Positions 21,044 through 30,883 of a DNA stretch of 64,000 nucleotides are shown piece after piece. Origin of the DNA: Campylobacteraceae bacterium (GTDB lineage Bacteria; Campylobacterota; Campylobacteria; Campylobacterales; Sulfurovaceae); contig JALVTE010000076.1 in the NCBI GenBank assembly GCA_027024155.1, positions 35,301-99,300 of the forward strand, given 5' to 3'. The first letter of the stretch is position 1. The number at the start of each line of letters is the position of its first letter. The translations under genes were made by a program, and so were the position numbers. A model generated the notes under the pieces. The model was not told the origin of the DNA. It searched no databases and was given only the letters and a program-made list of their open reading frames with translations.

Positions 21044-21933
21044 GTTCATTTATTGTAGGTGCAACAACAGCACTTATTACACCATTTAAAAATGGAAAAT
21101 TAGACGAAGCAACATTTGCTAAACTAATTCAAAGACAAATTAACAACGGTATAGATGCAGTATGTCCAGTAGGAACAACAGGTGAGAGTGCAACACTAAG
21201 CCACGATGAGCATAAAAGATGTATAGATATAGCTGTAGAGGTATGTAAAAATACAAACACAAAAGTTCTAGCAGGTGCAGGAAGTAATGCAACACACGAA
21301 GCTATAGATATTGCTAAACACGCAGCAGAGTGTGGAGTAGATGCTCTATTTTCTGTAAGCCCATACTACAACAAGCCTAGCCAAGAGGGACTTTACCAAC
21401 ACTATAAAGCCATAGCTAGTTCTGTAGATGTACCATTTATGCTGTATAATGTACCAGGTAGAACAGGTGTAGATATTTTGCCAGATACTGTGAAAAGACT
21501 CTTTAATGATGTTCCTAATATCTTTGGGATAAAAGAGGCAACTGGTTCCATAGAAAGAACAGTAGAGCTTTTAGCAAAGGTGCCAGAGCTTTATGTATTT
21601 AGTGGAGATGATGCTATAGATTTCCCTATTTTAGCAAGTGGTGGTAAGGGTATTACATCGGTAACTGCAAACCTGCTTCCCGATTTAAAGGCAAACTTGG
21701 CACATGCAGCACTGAAAGGCGATTTTGAAGTAGCAAAAGAGCTTAACGATGAGCTTTTTGAAATAAACAAAGTAATGTTTTGCGAAAGCAACCCTATACC
21801 GATAAAAGCGGCTATGTATATTGCAGGTTTGATTGATACTTTGGAGTATAGATTACCTCTTGTTCCACCTAGCAAAGATAACATGAAAAAGATAGAAGAG
21901 ACAATTTCTAAATATAAAATAGTAGGAGCATAA
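21040..21933 (+). CDS. dapA: 4-hydroxy-tetrahydrodipicolinate synthase
   Basis: 297 aa. Has GTTGES, YNVPGRTG and IKEATG motifs. Confidence 0.92.
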   Translation: MSSFIVGATTALITPFKNGKLDEATFAKLIQRQINNGIDAVCPVGTTGESATLSHDEHKRCIDIAVEVCKNTNTKVLAGAGSNATHEAIDIAKHAAECGVDALFSVSPYYNKPSQEGLYQHYKAIASSVDVPFMLYNVPGRTGVDILPDTVKRLFNDVPNIFGIKEATGSIERTVELLAKVPELYVFSGDDAIDFPILASGGKGITSVTANLLPDLKANLAHAALKGDFEVAKELNDELFEINKVMFCESNPIPIKAAMYIAGLIDTLEYRLPLVPPSKDNMKKIEETISKYKIVGA

Positions 21934-22713
21934 ATGAGTAATATGAAAGGTAAAACTTTAGTAATTACAGGTGCAACAAAAGGAATAGGTAGAGCAACAG
22001 CAGAAAAGTTTGCACAAAATGGTGTAAATGTTGCATTTACTTATAACTCTAATAAAGAAGCAGCAGATGAAATTGCTAAAGAGTTAGAAGATAAGTATGG
22101 TATTAAAGCAAAAGCTTACCCTCTTGATATTTTAGATACAGACCAATTCAAGCCACTATTTGATGCAATCGATAAGGATTTCGATAGAGTAGATTTTTTC
22201 GTAAGTAACGCTATGATTTACGGACGCCCTGTAGTTGGTGGTTATGGTAAGTTTATGAAACTTCGCCCTAAAAAAGGTTTAGCAAATATCTACACAGCAA
22301 CTGTAGGTGCATTTGTAGCTGGCTCTCAAGAAGCGGCAAAAAGAATGGAAAAAGTTGGTGGTGGAAGTATTGTAACACTTAGCTCAACTGGTAACTTAAT
22401 ATACATCGACAACTATGCAGGACATGGAACAAACAAAGCAGCAGTAGAAGCAATGGCAAGATACGCAGCGGTAGAATTAGGTGAAATGGGCATTCGCGTA
22501 AACGCAGTAAGTGGCGGACCAATCGAAACAGATGCATTAAGAGCCTTTACAAATTATGAAGAGGTAAAAGCAGAGACAATTAAGCGTTCTGCACTAAATA
22601 GAATGGGAACACCAGAAGATTTAGCAGGTTCTATCTACTTCTTATGTACAGACGATGCAAGCTGGATTACAGGACAAACAATCGTAGTAGATGGCGGAAC
22701 TACTTTTAGATAA
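21934..22713 (+). CDS. SDR oxidoreductase, FabL-like enoyl-ACP reductase
   Basis: 259 aa. Has TGATKGIG, a YxxxK-type region (NYAGHGTNKAA) and a C-terminal ITGQTIVVDGG. It resembles Bacillus FabL more than FabI. Confidence 0.6.
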   Translation: MSNMKGKTLVITGATKGIGRATAEKFAQNGVNVAFTYNSNKEAADEIAKELEDKYGIKAKAYPLDILDTDQFKPLFDAIDKDFDRVDFFVSNAMIYGRPVVGGYGKFMKLRPKKGLANIYTATVGAFVAGSQEAAKRMEKVGGGSIVTLSSTGNLIYIDNYAGHGTNKAAVEAMARYAAVELGEMGIRVNAVSGGPIETDALRAFTNYEEVKAETIKRSALNRMGTPEDLAGSIYFLCTDDASWITGQTIVVDGGTTFR

Positions 22714-22728
22714 CCATCTAATTACTAA

Positions 22729-22994
22729 AGGGCCCCAATGCCATTAAGTTAAGGATTCTATATCCATTTAATGGCTTTAAGTTCAAAGCCTGAAGTGATG
22801 AAAATATTTACCATCGCCGTCATTCCAAGCGTATGCGAAGAATCTAACTTAAAAAGCCTAGATAAACTATTAGCTTTACAGCTGTTTAAACTAGATTCTT
22901 CGCATCCGCTCAGAATGACGGAGATGGTGAGCTTTAAATTTACTACAAGTTATGGAAGTAAATTCCTTAACTTAATGGTATTGGAGGACACACC
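22729..22994. repeat. composite nested palindromic (MITE-like) element
   Basis: Outer ~28-nt inverted termini: AGGGCCCCAATGCCATTAAGTTAAGGA and TCCTTAACTTAATGGTATTGGAGGACAC. Inside are the GGCTTTAAGTTCAAAGCC hairpin and family A copy 2 (22806-22934). The track ORF 22771..23004 is an artefact of this element. Confidence 0.75.
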
Positions 22995-23034
22995 TAATGG
23001 CTAAACTTCGCTTATTTAAATGGAGAGATTATAA

Positions 23035-23586
23035 TTGAAAAAAGATGCACTTAACATACCAAATATATTAGCATTTATCAGATTATTGCTAGCACCTATT
23101 CTATTTATACTTTTGGTTAATAGAGATTTATCAATTTTTCAAGGTATTCACTATTCATGGCTAGATTTTTTTGCTGGTTTTATATTTGTATTAGCAAGTG
23201 CAACTGACTTTTTTGATGGATACATAGCTAGAGAGTTTAATCAAATTACAACTCTTGGTGCAATATTAGACCCATTAGCTGACAAAATGCTAACTTTAGC
23301 AGCATTTTTAGGTTTAATGATGCTACATCGTGCCTCTCCCTGGGCAATTTATCTTATTTTAACAAGGGAGCTTTTTATTACAGGGCTTAGAGTTAGTGCC
23401 ATTGATAAAGGTATAGATATTAGTGCAAGTTGGATGGGTAAAGTAAAAACTGTTGCACAAATGTTCGCTATAGGATTCCTACTTATGGAGTGGCCACTAG
23501 GAACTACCTTACTTTGGATAGCTGTATTTTTAACTCTATACTCAGGATATGAGTATATTAGAGATTTTTTTAAAAAAGCATACTAA
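23035..23586 (+). CDS. pgsA: CDP-diacylglycerol--glycerol-3-phosphate 3-phosphatidyltransferase
   Basis: 183 aa with a TTG start. Has the CDP-alcohol phosphatidyltransferase motif DFFDGYIAR...GAILDPLADK. Confidence 0.88.
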   Translation: MKKDALNIPNILAFIRLLLAPILFILLVNRDLSIFQGIHYSWLDFFAGFIFVLASATDFFDGYIAREFNQITTLGAILDPLADKMLTLAAFLGLMMLHRASPWAIYLILTRELFITGLRVSAIDKGIDISASWMGKVKTVAQMFAIGFLLMEWPLGTTLLWIAVFLTLYSGYEYIRDFFKKAY

Positions 23587-23678
23587 ATTATTAAAAAAAA
23601 CCTCTAAATGCTCCATTTTTTTGATATAATAATATTGGATAATCATAGATATTAATAATCTAATTACAAAGGAATTAA

Positions 23679-24836
23679 ATGAAGCTTTTTTTATCTTTTA
23701 TAATTGCTATTTTAGCTTCTACGAGTCTCTTGAGTGCAGACAATAACTTCAAACTATATAAATTTAAATCAGGTATGATTTTTTATGATGTTAAAACAGC
23801 TAGTTTTGATGATAATTTAAATTCACAAGTTCAAGGTATTGCTAAGTTGGTATTTGATAATTGGGGTGCCAAAGAGCTTAAAGAAGAGGATGTAAGTGAA
23901 ATTCAAGCTGGTGATTTTAATGACACAAGAAGTAGACATAGACTTACTTTAACAGATAATGGCACTATATATTCTGTTGATTTCAATGAGAAAAAGATAT
24001 ACAAAACTAGAGATAGAGATTTAGATATTGCTATAGCAAAAAAAATGGATTTATCTAATGAGAGTGTAAAATCTTTGATAAATCTCGGTGCTAAAAAAAC
24101 AGGTAAAGAGACAGTTGCTAATTTAGAGTGTGATGTTTGGGAGTATAAAGACCAACATATATGCCTGTATAAAGGTATTCCTTTAAAAATAGTAATCAAA
24201 AATGCTGGTTTTTATAGTGAGAAGAAAGCTGTTCAAGTTATTTTAGATAAGCCAATTCCAGCAAAAGAGTTTGCATTACCTAATTTTCCTATTATAGAAG
24301 ATGGTTCGTATAGTGATAATAGAGCTTCACTTGTTAGAACTGATGATTATATTAATTCAATTATGGATTTAAAAAAGGAAATGAAAAAGAAAGGTATAAA
24401 TTTAGAAGATAAAAATTTAACGATTACTCCAAATTTAGAAAAAGATATTATTAATGCCTTAGGTAAACGATACCTAGAGAAGCAAAAAAAGTATTTAAAA
24501 CCATTAATAGAGGCAATGAAAAAAGCAAAAGAGTGTATTACTAATGCTAAAACAAAAGATGAAGCAAATAAATGTTTAGAACCAGTAAGAAAAATAGATG
24601 ATAAATTAGGAGACAGAAGCCCTAAATTTGATTTTGACAATTTAAATGAAGAGAAAAAGAAAAAAGCTGTTAATTTATTAGATATAGAAATTAAAAACAC
24701 TACTGCAACTGCTAATTGTGTAAATAAATTTAATAAAACTACAGATGTTATTATATGCACAGAGGGAAGATTAAACCCCGAAGAGACACAATCACCAACT
24801 CCTATAAATAAACAAAAAGCATTCCCTCAAAATTAG
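23679..24836 (+). CDS. hypothetical secreted protein
   Basis: 385 aa with a signal peptide (MKLFLSFIIAILASTSLLSA). No family recognised. Confidence 0.5.
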   Translation: MKLFLSFIIAILASTSLLSADNNFKLYKFKSGMIFYDVKTASFDDNLNSQVQGIAKLVFDNWGAKELKEEDVSEIQAGDFNDTRSRHRLTLTDNGTIYSVDFNEKKIYKTRDRDLDIAIAKKMDLSNESVKSLINLGAKKTGKETVANLECDVWEYKDQHICLYKGIPLKIVIKNAGFYSEKKAVQVILDKPIPAKEFALPNFPIIEDGSYSDNRASLVRTDDYINSIMDLKKEMKKKGINLEDKNLTITPNLEKDIINALGKRYLEKQKKYLKPLIEAMKKAKECITNAKTKDEANKCLEPVRKIDDKLGDRSPKFDFDNLNEEKKKKAVNLLDIEIKNTTATANCVNKFNKTTDVIICTEGRLNPEETQSPTPINKQKAFPQN

Positions 24837-24915
24837 AGGGTAGCTATAATACCATTGAGTTAATGGTTTTAGCTCCACAGTATGTGGCAATTATAAAGCT
24901 AAAAGCCTTATCAAC

Positions 24916-25018
24916 CCTATCATTCCTATAAAACAGTTTATATTGCCCAAAATAGTATATTTGAATCATTTAGTAGTCAAAATCTTGGATTCTATTTTCT
25001 GCTGGGAATAATGATAGG
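24916..25018. repeat. degenerate copy of the long-hairpin element
   Basis: CCTATCATTCC ... GGATTCTATTTTCTGCTGGGAATAATGATAGG. The arms resemble the ATTCCC/GGGAAT variants at 28106 and 38368. Confidence 0.45.
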
Positions 25019-25060
25019 TAAAATGCTTAGTTAAATAGCATTTTACTATATTTGCATAGA

Positions 25061-26197
25061 TTATATATACAATTTTTTTATAACTTCATTAATAAGAGCG
25101 TTTGCTTCTTTTAACTGTTCTTGGCTTTCTGGTCTTATAGTTATATCTTCGCTTACTGGGGTATTCATTAATTTTAGTAATTCATCTAAAATTAGAACCG
25201 TTTTATCAACCTCTAGTCTACTTGCACTTTGTAAATCATCTACACTCTGTGGTTGCTCTATAAATAATATTCTTTTTAATTTTGCATTCTGCTCTTGAAG
25301 TATAATATCATATTTTTGCATCACAAGTTTAATATTATCGATATGCTCTATTAACTTTTGTATAGAATCATTTTTATTTTTAATCTTTGCTACATATTCA
25401 TTTAAATCTTCTTCTAGCTTATTTACATATTTTTTATTTTTATTTATTTGTAAAAAGGTGAATATTTTATAAACAATAGCACCTAGAGCTAAAGAAGCAA
25501 TAGTAATAGTTGCATATCCAGCTATTACATTACCTTTTACATTTATTAAATCTGCATATTTTAGTGCAATATTATCCCAGTTTGCTCTAGCCAAAACAGA
25601 ATTAGTAGTTAATGGTATATTTGCTAATTTACTACCATAAATATATGCTCCAGCAACTCCAACAATAGCCGCAAGTGTACCAAATATAAAACCTCCAAAT
25701 CTTCCTTTACTTGGATATTTAATATTTAATAATTGCTCTTTATTATCTATTTTTATCTCATTTATTGTAGCATTCTCATCTTCAAGAGATTGAACTTGTA
25801 ACTCTTTTAACAACTCTAATGAGTTTGCTATAGTTGTATTTAATATAGAATTCTCTTGCTTTACAAGTGCAGAAGATTTATCTTCTAACTCACGATTTAG
25901 AGTTAAATATTTATTATATACTGCTTCTGCTTGCTCTTTTGTTGCATCAACCCTACTAACTAATTCATCATATATATTCTTAGACTTAGTCTTTTTTGAT
26001 TCAGGTATCTCAACTAACTTTTCTTGACTCTCTTCTTTTTCTTCTTCTAGCTTATCTTTAGCTTTTTCTATGGGCTCTTCAAGCTTCTCTTCTAAATTTT
26101 CTAAACCGTCCGGCTTTGTATCTTCTTGCTTTGTATCTTCTTGTTTTAACTCTTCTTGAGGCTCTTTTGTACCTTCTTTAATTTCTTGATTATTCAT
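25061..26197 (-). CDS. hypothetical coiled-coil membrane protein
   Basis: 378 aa. Has an acidic N-terminus with a tandem KQEDT repeat, two central hydrophobic segments, and heptad-like flanks. Confidence 0.5.
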   Translation of the reverse strand: MNNQEIKEGTKEPQEELKQEDTKQEDTKPDGLENLEEKLEEPIEKAKDKLEEEKEESQEKLVEIPESKKTKSKNIYDELVSRVDATKEQAEAVYNKYLTLNRELEDKSSALVKQENSILNTTIANSLELLKELQVQSLEDENATINEIKIDNKEQLLNIKYPSKGRFGGFIFGTLAAIVGVAGAYIYGSKLANIPLTTNSVLARANWDNIALKYADLINVKGNVIAGYATITIASLALGAIVYKIFTFLQINKNKKYVNKLEEDLNEYVAKIKNKNDSIQKLIEHIDNIKLVMQKYDIILQEQNAKLKRILFIEQPQSVDDLQSASRLEVDKTVLILDELLKLMNTPVSEDITIRPESQEQLKEANALINEVIKKLYI

Positions 26198-26298
26198 AAT
26201 GTCTCCTATAAAGTAAATATAAACTCTTTACAATATAATAGCACAAAAATTAATATTTTTTAGATTAAATATGAAATTTTTTAAAAAAGGTTAAGAAT

Positions 26299-27390
26299 TT
26301 GGAGTTAATAATTTATATATTAGTAGCTATTTTAGCACTATCTTTTTTAGTATTCTTTCATGAATTAGGGCACTATACGGTTGCTAAGTTTTTTGGTGTT
26401 AAAGTTGAGCGTTTTAGTATAGGCTTTGGTAAAGTACTCTTTAAAAAGAATTGGCTAGATACCGAGTGGGCTTTTGCTCCTATTTTGCTTGGTGGATATG
26501 TAAAGATGAAGGGTCAAGACGATACAGACCCAACAAAAAAGAGTAACGACCCAGATAGTTACAATAGTAAAAAGCCGTGGCAGAGAATTATAATACTCTT
26601 AGCTGGTCCTTTGGCAAATATCGTTTTGGCATTTTTTATATATCTGTTTATAGCAATTCACGGGGCACCTGTTTCAACAGCTAGTGATTTTTTAGCACCT
26701 ATCGTTGGTAAAGTTGTAAAAGATACACCAGCATATAATGCCGGTATCAAAAGTGGTGATAAAATTGTAAAAGTAAATAATTTTAAAATAAAATATTGGT
26801 ATGAGTTAGGAGCTTCTATACAAAAAGCAAAAGATCCTATAAATTTAACAATAATAAGAGATGGTAAGAGTATTCATACCACCCTAAAGCCAAAAGTTGA
26901 AGATAGAAAAAATGAATTTAATGAAAAGATAAAAAGAAGAGTTATAGGTATTACACCTAAAGTTGAAAAGAGTGCCATTATTAATTTTTCACCAATAGAG
27001 GCACTAAAATATGCTTATTATGAAACTAAAAAATCTACTTTTATGATAACTAAAGGCGTAGAAAAAATTTCAACAGGAGATGTTGATTCTAAAAATGTTA
27101 GTGGTGCTATTACTATTTTTCAAATTTTAATGAATTTTGCAAAAGAGGGCTTTATATACCTACTATTTATAATGGCTCTATTATCTGTAAACTTAGGCGT
27201 TTTAAATTTATTGCCAATTCCGGCATTAGATGGTGGGCATATTATGTTTAATTTGTACGAATTAATAACTGGTAAAGAGCCAAGCGAGAAAGTTTTGTAT
27301 GCATTAACTTTAATGGGTTGGTTCTTTTTAATCTCGTTAATGGTTTTTGGAATGTATAATGACGTAAATAGAATATGGGGCGGAAAATGA
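26299..27390 (+). CDS. rseP: RIP metalloprotease RseP (site-2 protease, M50)
   Basis: 363 aa with a TTG start. Has HELGH, a PDZ-like middle region, and NLLPIPALDGG. Confidence 0.88.
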   Translation: MELIIYILVAILALSFLVFFHELGHYTVAKFFGVKVERFSIGFGKVLFKKNWLDTEWAFAPILLGGYVKMKGQDDTDPTKKSNDPDSYNSKKPWQRIIILLAGPLANIVLAFFIYLFIAIHGAPVSTASDFLAPIVGKVVKDTPAYNAGIKSGDKIVKVNNFKIKYWYELGASIQKAKDPINLTIIRDGKSIHTTLKPKVEDRKNEFNEKIKRRVIGITPKVEKSAIINFSPIEALKYAYYETKKSTFMITKGVEKISTGDVDSKNVSGAITIFQILMNFAKEGFIYLLFIMALLSVNLGVLNLLPIPALDGGHIMFNLYELITGKEPSEKVLYALTLMGWFFLISLMVFGMYNDVNRIWGGK

Positions 27391-28073
27391 TTTTAGATAA
27401 AGAGAAATTAAGAAGCAACTTAGATAGAGTTATTTGGGATATTGAAGAGGCAAGACTTAAAAGAAGCGAACATTTAATCGTACAGCTTTGTGTTGTTGCA
27501 AAATATACAGAGATAGAGAATATTAAAACACTATATAGCCTTGGGCAGAGAAACTTTGGCGAAAATCAGGTTCAACAGTTAGAAGCAAGAAGCAAAGAGT
27601 TAGAAGATTTGCCATTAGCGTGGCATATGATAGGCACTCTACAAAAAAACAAAATCAATAAACTGATAGATTTAAACCCTACTCTTTTACAATCGCTTGA
27701 CTCTTTGGATTTAGCTATTGAGCTTAATAAAAGATTAGAGGCTAAAGGTAGAGATATGAGTGCCCTACTTCAGATAAACAGCTCTGGCGAAGCTACAAAG
27801 AGTGGCGTAAAACCGCAAGAGGCACTAGATATTTATAAACAAATTCAAGAGAGTTGTCCTAATATAAACCTAAAGGGTGTTATGACAATAGGTGCACACT
27901 CAAAAGATGAAGAGTTAATTAAGAAAAGTTTTAATATAACTTATAAAATATATGAAAGCCTGCAAGATAGTGGTGCAACAATCTGTTCGATGGGTATGAG
28001 CAACGACTTTAAGCTGGCAATCGAGTGTGGCTCTAATATGGTTAGAATTGGTTCTGCACTGTTTGAGGAATAA
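27375..28073 (+). CDS. YggS family pyridoxal-phosphate protein
   Basis: 232 aa. Has VVAKY, FGENQVQ, HMIGTLQKNK and MGMSNDF motifs. The start could instead be the Met at 27387. Confidence 0.8.
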   Translation: MGRKMILDKEKLRSNLDRVIWDIEEARLKRSEHLIVQLCVVAKYTEIENIKTLYSLGQRNFGENQVQQLEARSKELEDLPLAWHMIGTLQKNKINKLIDLNPTLLQSLDSLDLAIELNKRLEAKGRDMSALLQINSSGEATKSGVKPQEALDIYKQIQESCPNINLKGVMTIGAHSKDEELIKKSFNITYKIYESLQDSGATICSMGMSNDFKLAIECGSNMVRIGSALFEE

Positions 28074-28105
28074 GTTTTAAGTGATAAGTTTGAAGAAAAG
28101 TGGGA

Positions 28106-28415
28106 AATTGCTATTGCCGTCATTCCCACGAAAGTGGGAATCCACAATTTCAACTACCGAAGAATTTAAATATAACTTTTTTGGTAATTTAAACCATAGA
28201 TTCCCGTTTTCACGGGAATGACGACGGTAGCTAATTTTAAGCTTTAGGCTTTGAGCTTAAAACCAAATATAAAATACAATAAACTTAAAAAGCTTGCCAT
28301 TGCAGTCATTCTGATCAGAATGACTGCTATGGTAAATATTTTCATCACTTCGGGCTTTGAACTTAAAGCCAATAAATGGATATAGAATCCTTAACTTAAT
28401 GGCATTGAAGGGCAC
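28106..28415. repeat. mosaic of palindromic repeat modules
   Basis: Long hairpin at 28106-28237 with ATTCCC-N8-GGGAAT sub-palindromes in each arm. Compact perfect hairpin CCATTGCAGTCATTCTGA/TCAGAATGACTGCTATGG at 28290-28335. GGCTTTGAACTTAAAGCC hairpin. Terminal TCCTTAACTTAATGGCATTGAAGGGCACC module at 28387-28415. Confidence 0.75.
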
Positions 28416-28467
28416 CTCTAAAGCTTGAATCTATCTGCTGAAATTTAAAATAACGGAGTTTTATAAT

Positions 28468-29556
28468 ATGAAAAAAATTTTAGTTCATATCTGCTGTTCG
28501 GTAGATAGCCACTTCTTTTTGCAACGGATGCAAAAAGAGTATGAAGGCTCGGAGCTTATTGGCTTTTTTTATGACCCAAATATTCACCCATACAGTGAGT
28601 ACTACTTACGACTTTTAGATGTTAAACGAAGTTGTAGAAAACTTGGAATTAAGTTAATAGAGGGTGAATACGATTATGAAACTTGGATAGAGACAGTAAG
28701 AGGGTTAGAGAATGAGCCAGAAAAAGGGGCACGATGCTCTGTATGTTTCGATAGACGCTTTGAAGTTAGTGCGAAAAAAGCAAAAGAGATTACTGCTACA
28801 CATTTTACTTCTACCCTACTTACCTCTCCTAAAAAATCTATAAAACAGTTAAAACAGAGCGGAGATTTACTTGCTAAAGAGTTTAATATAGAGTTTTTGG
28901 CACCAGATTTTAGACAAAAAAATGGTACACAAGAGCAAAATATAATAGCAAAAGAGGCTAAACTGTATCGACAAAACTATTGTGGTTGCTTGTATGGATT
29001 AAAACAGCAACGAGAACAGCAAAACCGCCTCTTAGATGAACTATTTTGCCCAATAATAAAACAGATTCAGCCAGCCTCTATAGAAGATAGAGTTAAACTT
29101 TATGAGATAAGAGAAAAGTTAGAAGAGCAAGGAGAAGATTATGAAATTATTAAAACAAGATTTCTAAATTGGCGACTGCTATATGGAGTTGTTAAACAAA
29201 AAGGGCAAACTATTCCTTGCCATATACTCCCCTACTCTAAACTGAAAACTGGATATTCACGAGGAAAAATAGATAAAACTATTAAAGATATTCACTACTT
29301 TAGCCGAGATGAGATAAAATTTATTACAACAAAAACATACAGCAAACTTGTAAACTTTGATTACAAAAATGTAAATGATATTTTAAGTAACATTCCAAGC
29401 TTTGAAATAGAGATAAAAGCTAGAGAAAAGTTGCTAAATTCTACATATAACCTTAGTACTATAATAGTTGTAGATGAGATACCCACCACAAAATTAGAGT
29501 TAAAAATTGATGCTAAAGTATACGAAGATGTCAAAGAAGAGTTAATTGTTTTATAA
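28468..29556 (+). CDS. queH: epoxyqueuosine reductase QueH (DUF208) with long C-terminal extension
   Basis: 362 aa. The N-terminal ~190 aa carries the QueH Cys pattern (HICCSVDS, CSVCF, YCGCLYG). The C-terminal ~170 aa is unassigned. Confidence 0.7.
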   Translation: MKKILVHICCSVDSHFFLQRMQKEYEGSELIGFFYDPNIHPYSEYYLRLLDVKRSCRKLGIKLIEGEYDYETWIETVRGLENEPEKGARCSVCFDRRFEVSAKKAKEITATHFTSTLLTSPKKSIKQLKQSGDLLAKEFNIEFLAPDFRQKNGTQEQNIIAKEAKLYRQNYCGCLYGLKQQREQQNRLLDELFCPIIKQIQPASIEDRVKLYEIREKLEEQGEDYEIIKTRFLNWRLLYGVVKQKGQTIPCHILPYSKLKTGYSRGKIDKTIKDIHYFSRDEIKFITTKTYSKLVNFDYKNVNDILSNIPSFEIEIKAREKLLNSTYNLSTIIVVDEIPTTKLELKIDAKVYEDVKEELIVL

Positions 29557-29637
29557 CTGTTACAGATAATAACCATATTTTAACAAAGCTTTAGATAATA
29601 TATTACAAAATTTTGCAAAATGAGTTAAAGGGTTTAA

Positions 29638-30087
29638 ATGTTATATAATGTAATGGAAATTCAAGAGATTCTTCCACATAGATATCCATTTCTTTTAGTT
29701 GATAGAATTAATACTTTAGAAGAGGGAAAATATATAGAAGGGTACAAAAATGTATCTATCTCTGAACCTGTATTTCAAGGGCATTTCCCAGGTCACCCTA
29801 TCTACCCTGGTGTTATGATTATAGAGGGTATGGCACAAGCTGGTGGTGTTTTGGCATTTAAGAGTGCTTCTAAAGAGGAGCAAGATGCTGCAAAAAACAA
29901 AGTGGTTTACTTTATGAGTATAGATAAAGCTAAATTTAGAGCACCTGTTGTTCCGGGAGACCAGTTGGTTTATAAACTGAATGTAATTAAAAATAGAGGT
30001 GCTGTTTGGCACTTAGATGCAAAAGCTTATGTTGATGATAAAGTTGTAGCAGAAGCTGAACTTAAAGCTATGATAGTTGATAAATAA
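29638..30087 (+). CDS. fabZ: 3-hydroxyacyl-ACP dehydratase
   Basis: 149 aa. Has [11 protein letters not shown] and FQGHFP motifs. Confidence 0.92.
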   Translation: MLYNVMEIQEILPHRYPFLLVDRINTLEEGKYIEGYKNVSISEPVFQGHFPGHPIYPGVMIIEGMAQAGGVLAFKSASKEEQDAAKNKVVYFMSIDKAKFRAPVVPGDQLVYKLNVIKNRGAVWHLDAKAYVDDKVVAEAELKAMIVDK

Positions 30088-30100
30088 ATAAAAGAGAAAT

Positions 30101-30883
30101 ATGACAAATATACACCCGACAGCTATTGTAGAAGATGGTGCCCAAATTGGTGAAAATGTAAAAATTGGTGCATATACATATATAGCAAAAGATGTAAAAA
30201 TTGGCGACAATACAACAGTTGGTAGCCACACTTTAATAGAGGGTATTACTACAATAGGCAAAGGAAATCAAATATTTTCTCATGCGGTTGTTGGATCTAT
30301 TCCTCAAGATTTAAAATATAGTGGAGAGAGAGTTGAATTAATTATTGGAGACAATAATAAAATTCGCGAATTTACACTAATTAACCCAGGTACCATTGGT
30401 GGTGGAAGTGTTACTAAAATTGGTAACAACAATCTATTAATGGGTTATGTACATATTGCTCATGATGTAATAGTTGGCAATAACTGTATTTTGGCAAATG
30501 GAGCAACGCTTGCTGGACATGTAGAACTTGGTAATGGCGTGGTTGTTGGCGGACTTACACCAATTCATCAATTTGTAAAAATTGGAGATTTAGCAATGGT
30601 TGCAGGTGCTAGTGCCTTAAGTCAAGATGTACCACCATACTGCCTTGTAGAGGGTAATCGTGCATATTTAAGAGGACTTAACTTAACAGGACTTAGACGC
30701 CATATAGATAGAGAAGATATTAATATGCTAAAAAGTGCATACAGAGACTTATTCAGCGGTAAATCTCCTATGAAAGATGTAGCAGAGAGTTTAAAGAGTA
30801 GCGATAACCAATTTGTAAAAAATTTAGTTAATTTTATTTTAGAATCAAAACGGGGTATCGCTTATGAAAGGAAAGAAGATTAA
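30101..30883 (+). CDS. lpxA: acyl-ACP--UDP-N-acetylglucosamine O-acyltransferase
   Basis: 260 aa. Has left-handed beta-helix hexapeptide repeats and sits in fabZ-lpxA synteny. Confidence 0.9.
   Translation: MTNIHPTAIVEDGAQIGENVKIGAYTYIAKDVKIGDNTTVGSHTLIEGITTIGKGNQIFSHAVVGSIPQDLKYSGERVELIIGDNNKIREFTLINPGTIGGGSVTKIGNNNLLMGYVHIAHDVIVGNNCILANGATLAGHVELGNGVVVGGLTPIHQFVKIGDLAMVAGASALSQDVPPYCLVEGNRAYLRGLNLTGLRRHIDREDINMLKSAYRDLFSGKSPMKDVAESLKSSDNQFVKNLVNFILESKRGIAYERKED

Noticed and set aside
22771-23004. 77-aa ORF, and the similar ORFs 47084..47293, 47145..47342 and 27941..28153
   Set aside because: They lie entirely within palindromic intergenic repeat elements. Peptides such as VIPSVCEESNL or RHSERMRRI are repeat-derived artefacts. 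They have no SD and no coding-like context.
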